From assembly GCA_049515915.1 (NCBI GenBank), contig JBEKTP010000006.1, positions 4,865 through 68,864 on the forward strand: a stretch of DNA of 64,000 nucleotides, given 5' to 3'. Positions 28,244-37,898 of the stretch are shown here, piece after piece. Positions within the stretch are counted from its first letter, which is position 1. The number at the start of each line of letters is the position of its first letter. Position numbers and translations under genes: made by a program. The notes below the pieces were generated by a model that was not told the origin of the DNA, made no database searches, and saw only the letters and a list, made by a program, of their open reading frames with translations. This stretch comes from Patescibacteria group bacterium. GTDB lineage: Bacteria; Patescibacteriota; UBA1384; UBA12157; JAENIV01.

Positions 28244-29273
28244 CCACCGTGACGGTATCGGTATAACTTCCGGCCGGGGCCGAGCCTAAAACTTTAGCTT
28301 TAGAAGTAATGGTGACCGCCTGTGAATTGGCCACCCCATTAAAACTCGCTAAAGTTTGCGGCGTTCGGGTGTATCCACCAACCGTATCGCTTGATTGATT
28401 ATAATGCGCCGCGATGGTGGCCGTGGCCGAAGTTGCCTGAATCCCATAGCCAGCGACCGAATCCAAATTAGCTGAACTGTCATAACTGGCGTCAGCCGAA
28501 CCTAAAAGATAGCTCGAGACGGAATTGTATAATCCGGGATTGGTATTATTGCCTTGATCCTGAACCGAAATCGTATAACCGCTATTGGCATTGGTGGAAG
28601 TGGTGAAGGTAATATTGGGCGAAGAGGTTTTCACCGAAGTCGAAGTGATGGTGCCAAAATCCGTCGAAGTATGATCTAATGAAAAAGTAATCGTCGGATC
28701 AACGCTGGCCGTCACGGAAATTTGATCGCCGGTTAAAAGATAAACTGCGACCGAGCCGCTCTCTGAGGAAGAACCGGCTACGGCAATACTAATAACATAG
28801 GTAGCGTTTGAAGAGCCATTGACAGAATTGGTGTTGTCATAAGTAATAATAATTTTGTCCGAGGCCGCCACCGCCGCCGCGCCCACACCGTCAGTCGGGG
28901 CGGTTAAAGTGAAAATACGATCCTGAGTACCCGAAAAAGCCGCTCCCCAAGCTGAAGCTGAAGGCGTCGCTGCTAAAGTTTCCGTGTTTTCTAAACCAGT
29001 TGAAGCGCCATGAGTGAAAGTCACTGTTGAAATTGTTTTGGAGGTAAAGTTGAAATCAGAGGGGAAAGTGATCGTAATTGTGTCACCGGTAGTTTGGATG
29101 GCATTCTGCGTTGTAAATTTGATTATATGAGAAGAATTTTGAGAAACTTGCTGGCGGCTCATCGTATCGGAAGGGGCCGTCAGACCAGCCGCTTGAGCCC
29201 GTTTAACGATAATTAACGCCAAAAGTGCCAATATCAATACTCCAATAAATAACTTCTTTAAAGTCTTGAACAT
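28224..29273 (-). CDS. Secreted two-domain beta-rich surface protein (WxL/pilin-like C-terminus)
   Basis: Signal peptide ending AQA; DQISVTASVDPTITF; TNANSGYTI; ends PAGSYTDTVTVVATANF. Confidence 0.75.
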   Translation of the reverse strand: MFKTLKKLFIGVLILALLALIIVKRAQAAGLTAPSDTMSRQQVSQNSSHIIKFTTQNAIQTTGDTITITFPSDFNFTSKTISTVTFTHGASTGLENTETLAATPSASAWGAAFSGTQDRIFTLTAPTDGVGAAAVAASDKIIITYDNTNSVNGSSNATYVISIAVAGSSSESGSVAVYLLTGDQISVTASVDPTITFSLDHTSTDFGTITSTSVKTSSPNITFTTSTNANSGYTISVQDQGNNTNPGLYNSVSSYLLGSADASYDSSANLDSVAGYGIQATSATATIAAHYNQSSDTVGGYTRTPQTLASFNGVANSQAVTITSKAKVLGSAPAGSYTDTVTVVATANF

Positions 29274-29312
29274 ATTTTTACTGATTATTTCAAAAAATCA
29301 AATTAAATTTTA

Positions 29313-30425
29313 TTAGAAGTTTCCGGTACAAATGTAAGTTATAGTAGTTGAATAAGCGCCTGCGGGTGTAGTGGAAGCAACATTAGCGATGTATGAAACA
29401 GTAAAAGTATTGGAGGCGGTCGGCGCTGAAGCGCTGGCTAAAGGCGTGGCCGTATTAACAACATAACGGAAGCTATTGGCCGTACCGTAATCGGAAGCGG
29501 GAGTACCGCTACCCGAACCGGTTGGATTAGCTCCAGTTGAAGGTGTTGTATTGGCCTCTAAATTAATGCCAAATTGAGCGGTACCATAAGAAGAAGCCCC
29601 CGCCGAAGCCATGGCCGCAATGGAGTTGCTACCGCTTTTTAGCGTGTCACCGTTATAAGTAATCGTATAACCGCTAGTGCCATTGGTGCCGGCCGCTAAA
29701 GTATTAGCTGTGCTTTGATTATAACCGGTGCCGCCTGATTGGTAAGTCGGGTTGCCGCCGCCAGATTTAGTTAAACTTACCGATGTCGTGGTTAAGGTTA
29801 AAGTCAAATAAGGATCAATCGTCGTGGAAACGGTTACTTGATCATTGGTTAACAAAGTAATGGCATAGGAAGTCGGCCCGGCGGCACAATCTGTACCAGT
29901 CAGTTGAATGGTCGGTAGATAGGTTGTGGCCGTCGAACCATTTACCGCATGAGTGCTAGCATAGGAAATAATTAATTTATCATTGGCGGCAATCGGGTTT
30001 GGGTCAGCGGAAGTTGGAGCTGTCAAAGTTAAAGTCCGATTACTCGTACCAGAAAAAACCGCACCCCAGGTGGCAGACCCAGGGGCACCCGCTACTATAG
30101 TTGAGGTATGTTCCAAACCAGTAGAGGAACCATGAGTAAAGGTAAGGTCAGTGGAGACCGCGCTAGTAAAATTAAAATCGGAAGGAAAGACGATTGCAAT
30201 CGTATCACCTGATATTGCTATTGCGCCACCGGTTGTAAATTTAATCGCGTGACTGGAGTTTTGGGAAATCTGATCACGGCTCATCGTGTCAGAAATCGCC
30301 GTGATAGATGCCGTCGCACGGGTCAGTTGCGGATAACCAAAAGCCACAACTATGGCGAGAACTAAGAAATAGACCAAAAATCTCAAAAATTTTGAGCCTT
30401 CACCTTTACCTCGAGATAAAAACAT
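29313..30425 (-). CDS. Secreted two-domain surface protein, paralogue of 28224-29273
   Basis: Shared SDTMSR.Q.SQNSSH.IKFTT and FPSDFNFTS; ends PAGAYSTTITYICTGNF. Confidence 0.75.
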   Translation of the reverse strand: MFLSRGKGEGSKFLRFLVYFLVLAIVVAFGYPQLTRATASITAISDTMSRDQISQNSSHAIKFTTGGAIAISGDTIAIVFPSDFNFTSAVSTDLTFTHGSSTGLEHTSTIVAGAPGSATWGAVFSGTSNRTLTLTAPTSADPNPIAANDKLIISYASTHAVNGSTATTYLPTIQLTGTDCAAGPTSYAITLLTNDQVTVSTTIDPYLTLTLTTTSVSLTKSGGGNPTYQSGGTGYNQSTANTLAAGTNGTSGYTITYNGDTLKSGSNSIAAMASAGASSYGTAQFGINLEANTTPSTGANPTGSGSGTPASDYGTANSFRYVVNTATPLASASAPTASNTFTVSYIANVASTTPAGAYSTTITYICTGNF

Positions 30426-30522
30426 AAACCCCTCCCTCTTTAGTCAAAGCCTTTTTGCTATCTATAATAAGTTTAAAACAATGTCATTATTTCGTCAATA
30501 TTGTCAATATATACAAGCTTTT

Positions 30523-31707
30523 TTATTTAAAGGAACTCAAAAAATCTTTAATTTCCTGGGATTTTATCTCTTTTGAACCGCGATTTCTGACCGAAATTTG
30601 GCCCTCTTTTTCTTCACGATCACCAACTACTATTATATAAGGCACTTTTTGAAGTTCGGCATCGCGGATTTTTTTATTAATCGATTCATTACGGTCGTCA
30701 ATTTCAAAACGAACTTCATTTATCTTTTCAGCCACCTTCTTCGCATAATCAAGATGCTTATCGGAGACAGTTAAAATCACCGTTTGCACAGGCGCTAGCC
30801 AAACCGGCAAATCGCCACGGGTGTGCTCAAGTAAAACGGCAACAAAGCGCTCAACTGAGCCCAAAATGGCGCGGTGAATAATGACCGGATTTTTCTTTTC
30901 GCCTTTTTCGTTGACATAGAAAGCCTCCAGTCGTTCGGCCATTGAAAAATCAAGTTGGATCGTACCCAGTTGCCAACTGCGATTCAGAGAATCTTTAACA
31001 TGAAAATCGATTTTCGGCCCGTAAAATGCACCTTCGCCTCTGTTTTCTTTATACTCAATTTTCGCATTTTTGAGCGCCTTGACCAAACCATTTTCTGCCT
31101 TTCGCCACTGCTCATTGGTACCGATCGATTTCTCCGGCCGAGTTGAAAGCTCAACCCGGATATCTTTGAAACCGTAAGATTTATATAATTCTTGAATAAA
31201 GTTAATCAGCTTGATAATTTCCGACTCAATTTGATCTTCAGTGCAAAAAATATGAGCGTCATCAATCGTCAACGCGCGAGCTCGAAACAAACCATTAACT
31301 TCACCTGGTTGTTCATAGCGGTAAACCATGCCGACTTCGGAAAATTTAATCGGTAAATCTTTATAAGAACGCATTTCCTCGTTAAAAATCATAATTCCAC
31401 CCGGACAGTTCATTGGTTTTAAACACCAATTAACACTCTCCGATTTCATTTCTTTCTCGTTGCCGGTGAAAAAAAGTTTTTCGCGATAGTTGTCGTAATG
31501 ACCACTTTTTTTTAAAGTTTCGGCTGAAATGATTGTCGAGGTTCGAATGTCATGATAACCCTCGTTCTTTAGTTTATTTTTTAAATTCTCGACAATTAAA
31601 TTAAAAAGAGTATTCCCTTTCGGCCACCAATAACAAGTCCCCGGAACATTGCGGGAAAAACTAAATAAGCCTAAACGACGTCCGATTTCTTTATGATCTT
31701 GTTCCAT
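30523..31707 (-). CDS. thrS: Threonine--tRNA ligase, short form without TGS/editing domain
   Basis: DHKEIG, SGH, LKPMNCP, YRYE, DDAHIF, GAFYGPKID, QLD, HRAILGSVERF; ATG 31707 with AGGAG RBS. Confidence 0.95.
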   Translation of the reverse strand: MEQDHKEIGRRLGLFSFSRNVPGTCYWWPKGNTLFNLIVENLKNKLKNEGYHDIRTSTIISAETLKKSGHYDNYREKLFFTGNEKEMKSESVNWCLKPMNCPGGIMIFNEEMRSYKDLPIKFSEVGMVYRYEQPGEVNGLFRARALTIDDAHIFCTEDQIESEIIKLINFIQELYKSYGFKDIRVELSTRPEKSIGTNEQWRKAENGLVKALKNAKIEYKENRGEGAFYGPKIDFHVKDSLNRSWQLGTIQLDFSMAERLEAFYVNEKGEKKNPVIIHRAILGSVERFVAVLLEHTRGDLPVWLAPVQTVILTVSDKHLDYAKKVAEKINEVRFEIDDRNESINKKIRDAELQKVPYIIVVGDREEKEGQISVRNRGSKEIKSQEIKDFLSSFK

Positions 31708-31773
31708 ATTTATAACTCCTGGATTTATTTTACACCAGAGAGAAGAAGAGCGCAAGCTAAATTATGCGAACAA

Positions 31774-33006
31774 TCACTTAACAGGAAACTTTTTACAGAG
31801 TTTTAAGACTTTGGAGGCAATTTCTTTTTTCGATGCTGATTTTGAGAGCGTCGCCGCGACAAGTCCGGCCACAATTTCCATTTCTTTTTCCTTCATCCCA
31901 CGCGTGGTCAAGGCCGGCGTGCCGATGCGGATTCCCGAACCGATAAAGGGTTTTTGCGGATCGTTCGGGATGGTATTTTTGTTAACGATAATACCAATAT
32001 TTTCAAGGGCGATTTGGGCTTCTTTGCCAGTCGTTTTGATATCACGAAGATCAAGGAGCATTAAATGATTATCGGTCCCGCCGCTGACAATGCGCAGTCC
32101 CAACTTTTGTAACGATGTCGCTAAAGCCTTAGCGTTTTTCACAATTTGTTTAGCATAATTTTTAAAGTCGGGATCAAGCGCTTCGCCGAAACAAACCGCT
32201 TTGGCGGCAATTTGATGTTCGTGTGGTCCGCCCTGACTGCCCGGGAAAACGGCTTTATCAACTTGTTCGGCAAATTCTTTGCGGCAGATAATAATAGCGC
32301 CGCGCGGGCCGCGTAAAGTTTTATGAGTCGTGGCCATCGCTACATCAACATACGGAAAGCACGATGGATGCGCTCCGCCGACAATTAAGCCAGCAATATG
32401 AGCAATGTCGGCAAATAAATACGCCTTAACCGATTTAGCAATTTCTGATAATTTTTTAAAATTGATCGTCCGCGAATAAGCCGTCGCCCCGCAGACAATC
32501 ATTTTTGGTTTTTCGCGCTTGGCAATTTTGGCGATCTCGTCATAATCGAGTTGTTCGGTTTTAAGATCAACGCCGTAAGAAATAAATTTGTAAATTTTGC
32601 CAACTAAACTGATGGGCAAACCGTGGGTGATGTGTCCGCCTTGATCAAGCCGCATCCCCATAACTTTATCGCCTGGCTCTAAAAAAGCATGATAAATAGC
32701 AATGTTCGCTGGCGAGCCGGAATACGGCTGAACGTTGGCGTGCCATTTTTCGGGCGAGAGTTTAAATATTTTCAAGGCCCTGGCTTTGGCCACTTCCTCA
32801 ACTTGATCAATGTTAATTTGCCCAGCATAATAGCGTTTACCCGGATAACCTTCGGAATATTTGTTCGCCAAAACCGAGCCCATCGCTTCGCGTACTTCCG
32901 CACTGCAATAATTTTCTGATGGGATTAAATCCAGTGTTTCTTGCTGGCGCTTGGCTTCGGCCTCGATTAATTTGGCAATTTTCGGATCTTTTGATTTCAA
33001 TGACAT
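31774..33006 (-). CDS. glyA: Serine hydroxymethyltransferase
   Basis: LIPSENY, NKYSEGYPGKRYY, TTHKTLRGPRG, GGTDNH, GIRIGTP. Confidence 0.98.
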   Translation of the reverse strand: MSLKSKDPKIAKLIEAEAKRQQETLDLIPSENYCSAEVREAMGSVLANKYSEGYPGKRYYAGQINIDQVEEVAKARALKIFKLSPEKWHANVQPYSGSPANIAIYHAFLEPGDKVMGMRLDQGGHITHGLPISLVGKIYKFISYGVDLKTEQLDYDEIAKIAKREKPKMIVCGATAYSRTINFKKLSEIAKSVKAYLFADIAHIAGLIVGGAHPSCFPYVDVAMATTHKTLRGPRGAIIICRKEFAEQVDKAVFPGSQGGPHEHQIAAKAVCFGEALDPDFKNYAKQIVKNAKALATSLQKLGLRIVSGGTDNHLMLLDLRDIKTTGKEAQIALENIGIIVNKNTIPNDPQKPFIGSGIRIGTPALTTRGMKEKEMEIVAGLVAATLSKSASKKEIASKVLKLCKKFPVK

Positions 33007-33018
33007 TTTATTTCCTTA

Positions 33019-33510
33019 CTAGCGTTCGAGCTCGACATATCGATATTTCAAACCGTTTGATTCCTCTGGCTGCTCCGATACTATTTTAAATGATGAATAA
33101 TCGGGAAAAAATGTATCCGCCTCAAAATCCCCTTCTACTAGCGTTAAATATAATTTATCGGCCAAATCAATTGTTTGAGCATAAATCGAGCCGCCACCGA
33201 TAAAAAATATTTCGTTTTGATCTTTCTGGCTCGCTTGCTCGATAGCCTCGTCAATCGAATGACAAACAATACAATCATTAACTTTTAAGTTTAGATCTTT
33301 AGCTATAACAATATTTTCACGATTTGGCAATGGCCGACCAATCGATTCAAAAGTTTTTTGCCCCATAATCACCGGATGGTTTAAAGTAATTTTTTTAAAA
33401 TGCTCTAAATCCGCCGGAATATTCCAAAGCAGTTTATTATTTTTGCCGATCGCCCGATTCTTCTCGGCCACGGCACAAATTAGACTAATTTTTGGTTTTT
33501 TCTTTGACAT
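33019..33510 (-). CDS. folA: Dihydrofolate reductase
   Basis: AIGKNNKLLW, VIMGQKTFESIGRPLPNR, IGGG, DTFFP. Confidence 0.97.
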   Translation of the reverse strand: MSKKKPKISLICAVAEKNRAIGKNNKLLWNIPADLEHFKKITLNHPVIMGQKTFESIGRPLPNRENIVIAKDLNLKVNDCIVCHSIDEAIEQASQKDQNEIFFIGGGSIYAQTIDLADKLYLTLVEGDFEADTFFPDYSSFKIVSEQPEESNGLKYRYVELER

Positions 33511-34471
33511 ATTTGGTAAAAAATCCGCCAGAAACCGAAAGTTCTCCTTTAAGAGCAGGGTGAGGGTTATAGTTTTCTATAACGACGTTTTCCGGTCTAA
33601 AGTCATCGATATTGTTAAGCTTACCCTTTATTCGCACTGTTGGCAATGGCCGAGGAGCTCTTTTAAGTTGCTCTCTCGCTTGCGCCATATGATTTTCATA
33701 AATATGAACGTCCCCGTACGAATGAATAAATTCGCCGGGCTGATAGCCAGTTATTTTAGCCAGGATTATTGTCAGTAATGCATAACACGCGATGTTAAAC
33801 GGAACGCCCAGAAACATATCGCAAGTTCGCTGATAAAGGTGAAGGTTTAGCTTGCCGTTTTTCACGCTCACCTGATAAAAGATGTGACACAAAGGAAAGC
33901 GAGCGGCATCTTCTCTCTCGGCCATGGTGTATAGATATTCTGGATTCCAGGAGCTGACAATCGCATTCCGTGCATATGGATCATCCTTGATTTCATTTAT
34001 CATCCATTTTAGTTGGTCGATGGTTTGACCTTTGCGCGTCGGCCAATGACGCCAGAGCTCGCCGTAAATTTTTGGCAGAACACCATATTTTTTGGCATAA
34101 GCTTTGTTGGTCGCGATTTTTTCAATGAATTCTTCCTTCGTTATATCTGGTTCTTTGCCAGCTTCAACTTTCTCCCGATAAATTTTGTAAGGATAATCAT
34201 CCCAAATGTGAACGTTTTGATCGACTAAATATTTAATATTGTTTTGACCAGAAATAAACCAATAAAGCTCTTCAACAATTCCTCGCCAAAAAACTTTTTT
34301 AGTCGTGAGCAATGGAAAACCTTTTGATAAGTCAAAGCGAGCCTGACGACCAAAAAGACCGTAGGAAATATCGCCTGTGCCTCGATCGACGTTCTTAACG
34401 CCATGTTTATAAATTTCTTCAAGTAGATTTAGATACTGATATTCCGGATGATTTTTGGAAACTTGCGGCAT
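33485..34471 (-). CDS. thyA: Thymidylate synthase
   Basis: FPLLTTKK, HIWD, PLCH, YQRTCDMFLGVPFN, DVHIYENH. Confidence 0.97.
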   Translation of the reverse strand: MPQVSKNHPEYQYLNLLEEIYKHGVKNVDRGTGDISYGLFGRQARFDLSKGFPLLTTKKVFWRGIVEELYWFISGQNNIKYLVDQNVHIWDDYPYKIYREKVEAGKEPDITKEEFIEKIATNKAYAKKYGVLPKIYGELWRHWPTRKGQTIDQLKWMINEIKDDPYARNAIVSSWNPEYLYTMAEREDAARFPLCHIFYQVSVKNGKLNLHLYQRTCDMFLGVPFNIACYALLTIILAKITGYQPGEFIHSYGDVHIYENHMAQAREQLKRAPRPLPTVRIKGKLNNIDDFRPENVVIENYNPHPALKGELSVSGGFFTKYVKEKTKN

Positions 34472-34483
34472 GTCGACTCCTTT

Positions 34484-35071
34484 CTAGAAACGCTTTTCTT
34501 CTTTTTTATCTAATGTAACGTTTGTGATATTAGTTTTTGATGGTTTAGTCTTTTCCTCAAACCGGAACTGTTCGCAAATAATCCCGCGTTTAATCGCCAA
34601 CTCTCGCGCTTCCGGCTCGGCTTTTTTCTTTGTTCCGTCCGATCCGTCAAGAACGCGCAGATAGTCATCGAGATAAACAATCCGCTTGATACCCAAATTA
34701 TTGAGCGCTTTCATACAGTCGTAGCACGGAAAAACCGTAATATAGAGCGTCGCTCCTTTTAGTTTTGATGTATCGCCGGCATTAATAATCGCGTTCATTT
34801 CCGAATGAACACCGCGACATCTTTTGATCTCGCCGGTGATCGGATCGCCATGGACTTTAGCGCAACCGACTTCATTGCAGTGGTAGTCACCAACCGATGG
34901 GCCGTTGTAACCGATCGAAATAATTTTATGATTTTCGTCGACAAAAACGGAAGCGACTTTATGAAAAAGGCAGGCTACTCGCTCGGTCGCCGTGAGTGCA
35001 ATTTTCATAAAAAATTCGTCCCAAGAAGTTCGCGACCCTTTGATAAAATTATTTTTTTTCTGAGGCACCAA
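34484..35071 (-). CDS. dCMP deaminase family protein (ComEB-like)
   Basis: SWDEFFM, GYNG, HSEMNA, PCYDC. Confidence 0.9.
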   Translation of the reverse strand: MVPQKKNNFIKGSRTSWDEFFMKIALTATERVACLFHKVASVFVDENHKIISIGYNGPSVGDYHCNEVGCAKVHGDPITGEIKRCRGVHSEMNAIINAGDTSKLKGATLYITVFPCYDCMKALNNLGIKRIVYLDDYLRVLDGSDGTKKKAEPEARELAIKRGIICEQFRFEEKTKPSKTNITNVTLDKKEEKRF

Positions 35072-35086
35072 AACCTCCTTCGCCCC

Positions 35087-35626
35087 TTATATTTGTTTCT
35101 CTCTTTTTTTTGTCGTTACTCGGCCACCTTGCCATTGGCCGCGGTAAGCATTTGTTTTCCCCTTCACTTCCCAAAATAAAATATGAACAATGCGCGCTCC
35201 TAATTCAATTTCCATTTTAGCTTTTCCAGCATTATAAAAAAGAAAGGTTAATTCGCCTTGATAACCTGGGGGGACATTTCCGGCTGACATAATAATTCCC
35301 GAACGGTAAAGTGTACTACGCATCCACGTTTTTGCAGTCAAATTTTGTGGAAGATTCACTCTTTCCAACGTGGTTACTAAATAACTTTCGGCGGGTTTAA
35401 TGATTATTGATTTTTTCTTTTTTGGGTTATATTCAGCAACAAGTTTAGAATCAGCAGAATTTCTTTCGTCAATTCCTAGAAAACCCTTGCCGGAAATTTT
35501 ATGAACTTTACCCAACCGCAAATCAAAACCTGATCCTTCAGGATTTGTTAATTCCCGATCGCACAAACCTTCAACCAACTTTTTGCTTTTAACCAACTTT
35601 AGTAACTCATCAACACCCAAAACCAC
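35087..35626 (-). CDS. dCTP deaminase / trimeric dUTPase family protein
   Basis: GFDLR, RSTLYRSG, PGYQGEL, YRGQWQG. Confidence 0.85.
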   Translation of the reverse strand: MVLGVDELLKLVKSKKLVEGLCDRELTNPEGSGFDLRLGKVHKISGKGFLGIDERNSADSKLVAEYNPKKKKSIIIKPAESYLVTTLERVNLPQNLTAKTWMRSTLYRSGIIMSAGNVPPGYQGELTFLFYNAGKAKMEIELGARIVHILFWEVKGKTNAYRGQWQGGRVTTKKREKQI

Positions 35627-35703
35627 ATTTCCTCCTAATGTTAACTGTAACCATACTATAAGATGACCTGTAAAAATGTCAAACTTTCAGGTACAATATA
35701 GGT

Positions 35704-36123
35704 ATGCAAATTATCGCTTCAAACAAAAAAGCCCATTTAGAGTATGAACTAGAAGATCACTTTGAAGCCGGGCTTGTTTTGACCGGCCAAGAAATCAAAG
35801 CCATCCGCCATCATCGCGTCAATTTAGACGGGACATTTTGTCGTGTTCAAGGCGGCGAAGCGTGGGTTTTAAATATGCACATTGCCACGGTCAAAGAGCC
35901 GGAACGCTCGCGCAAACTCTTGCTTCACAAAGCCGAAATCCAATCGCTTATCGGCAAAACCCAACAAAAAAACTATACATTGATTCCCACAAAACTTTAT
36001 ATTAAAAAAGGCAAAGCGAAACTCGAAATCGCACTTGGTCGCGGCAAAAAACTTTATGACCATCGCGAGGATCTTAAAAAGCGCGATCTCAACCGTCAGG
36101 CCGTCCGCGAACTGGCCGAATAA
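35704..36123 (+). CDS. smpB: SsrA-binding protein
   Basis: NKKAHLEY, EAGLVLTGQEIK, RKLLLHK, GKKLYDHR. Confidence 0.97.
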   Translation: MQIIASNKKAHLEYELEDHFEAGLVLTGQEIKAIRHHRVNLDGTFCRVQGGEAWVLNMHIATVKEPERSRKLLLHKAEIQSLIGKTQQKNYTLIPTKLYIKKGKAKLEIALGRGKKLYDHREDLKKRDLNRQAVRELAE

Positions 36124-36680
36124 ATATAGATCGTTTTATTAAAAAACTTTGTTTGAGATAATAATTTTAGACCCGGAACTAGGAAACTTATCGATATTAA
36201 TCGAGCGGATTTTTTGAGCTCTTTTTTAAATCTTGGTGCCAGTTTTTCTAAAAACTCCGGCAAAAGATAACAATAAACAATATCGGCTTTCGAAAGATCG
36301 ACTTTTTTAATGTTTCTAAAATAAATTCTGGGTAAACAGAATATTCTATTATTTCCGCTCGATCGAGAATGATAGAAACTATATAACATCATTCTGATTT
36401 TTGACCAAATATAATAGTAGGGCGAAATTTCAAACCCCATCGCTTCGGCGCCCCATTCGGCCGCAATGATTAAGCTCTCACCATTACCGCTGCCGAGATC
36501 GTAAAATTTTTCACCTTTACGAAGATTAGCGAGCTTGAGTGATTTTCTAATAACCTCTTTTCCGGCCCCGACCGATGGGCTGCCCCAAAAAGCCGAAATC
36601 AAATTTGAGCCTTGCCAGAAGAGCACAAACAAGGCAAGTACAAAAAGCAATAAAAATATTAAGCCAAATAAAATAACCAC
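36096..36680 (-). CDS. Membrane-anchored class I SAM-dependent methyltransferase
   Basis: YDLGSGNG motif I, GFEISP, ADIVYCYL. Confidence 0.85.
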   Translation of the reverse strand: MVILFGLIFLLLFVLALFVLFWQGSNLISAFWGSPSVGAGKEVIRKSLKLANLRKGEKFYDLGSGNGESLIIAAEWGAEAMGFEISPYYYIWSKIRMMLYSFYHSRSSGNNRIFCLPRIYFRNIKKVDLSKADIVYCYLLPEFLEKLAPRFKKELKKSARLISISFLVPGLKLLSQTKFFNKTIYIYSASSRTA

Positions 36681-36706
36681 AAATCCATTTTAAAACGGAT
36701 TTTCGA

Positions 36707-37477
36707 TTAGTAAATAAAGCCTTTAATCACCGGAGAATTGGCGGAGATAACCCTCGAAGAAATAATCCCGAAACCAAGGTAGTTCATTTCCGAAACGGTG
36801 ACCTGATCGCCGTTAACGGCCTCGACATAGGCCACATGACCGGCCGCGCCGCCTTCATAAGTGACCATAATCGCGCCGACTTGTGGCACCGAACCGGTGG
36901 CAAAACCGTACGCGCGAGCACCGGTAAGCCACGTACCGGCGTTCCCAAACCACGGGATCGGTCTTTTGGAAGCAACATAGTAAGTGCAATAGCCATACGG
37001 AAAGTGATTGCTGACCGAATCACCTGCCTGATATAATGAAACAGTTCGAGTGACAGTTTTGACCGCCATTGTTTTTTTAACAACCGGTTTCGGATCTTGA
37101 GTAATTGTTGTTTCAGCCACCAGCGGCTTAGCTAAGAATCCGTCGGGCGGAGTGACAGTGACATTTTGAGAATCAGCCACCGGCACACCAATAACCGGTA
37201 AATTATCTTGAATAATCGGCGCGGCATTCGAAATTGCTTGTTTGGCCAAATCTAATTGCGTCACGACCGGAATATTCGCTGCTTGAGCTTTGGAAATCGA
37301 AAACAAATTCGACCCAAGCTCAGAAAATCCGCCGGTCAAAATGAGAGCCACAATTCCCCCTACCCCAAGAAGGGATGTGGCGAGATTAAATTGTCTTTTT
37401 CTTATTAGAGACTTTTGTTTCGAATTTTTGCGAGATTCTTTAAAGCTTTTCCCCCGTTTCCCCTTGAGCGGTGACAT
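36707..37477 (-). CDS. CHAP-domain cell-wall hydrolase with N-terminal membrane anchor
   Basis: GYCTYY, GNAGTW, GHVAYVE, VSEMN; start assigned to ATG 37477. Confidence 0.88.
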   Translation of the reverse strand: MSPLKGKRGKSFKESRKNSKQKSLIRKRQFNLATSLLGVGGIVALILTGGFSELGSNLFSISKAQAANIPVVTQLDLAKQAISNAAPIIQDNLPVIGVPVADSQNVTVTPPDGFLAKPLVAETTITQDPKPVVKKTMAVKTVTRTVSLYQAGDSVSNHFPYGYCTYYVASKRPIPWFGNAGTWLTGARAYGFATGSVPQVGAIMVTYEGGAAGHVAYVEAVNGDQVTVSEMNYLGFGIISSRVISANSPVIKGFIY

Positions 37478-37499
37478 CTGGTATAATTTGATTTCCAGA

Positions 37500-37617
37500 G
37501 CATCCGAGGCGGACGTACAAATAATGAACCTCCATGTTAAGAGAGTGATAACTGGATCCCGTCCTCTTAAGGTACTGCCGAATTTCGGCCTTGAATTCAA
37601 CTATCAACTCTCGATGC
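37500..37617 (-). promoter_or_regulatory. Putative structured cis-regulatory RNA leader of the CHAP gene
   Basis: Several complementary segments (see findings); no family recognised. Confidence 0.5.
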
Positions 37618-37852
37618 AAGTCAAGAAAGCGCTCTTCAGACAAGCTTTTTTGACAACACGATATAAATTTTATCATGAGTGTAAATTTTGTCAAGCCTCC
37701 AGCCCCCATCTGTTAAAATATTAGAAACCGAAGCCTGTGGATAACCTTTTACAAAAAATAGTGACAACCTTCCCCTTTGTTAGTTAAAGCCGATAACGCG
37801 GCCTTTTTTTACGAAAAATCACCCTCTAAAGGTAATTTGCGAATAGATACAA

Positions 37853-37880
37853 GTAAGGCGCGGATTTCTCCGCGCCTTAC
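37853..37880. terminator. Perfect 12-bp hairpin downstream of 37899-38375
   Basis: GTAAGGCGCGGA-TTTC-TCCGCGCCTTAC. Confidence 0.65.
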
Positions 37881-37898
37881 GCCCACAAAGCGGGAAGG

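Noticed and set aside
37478-37709. N-terminal extension of the CHAP ORF and the 37440-37709 ORF
   Set aside because: No homology cues; better explained as a structured leader.
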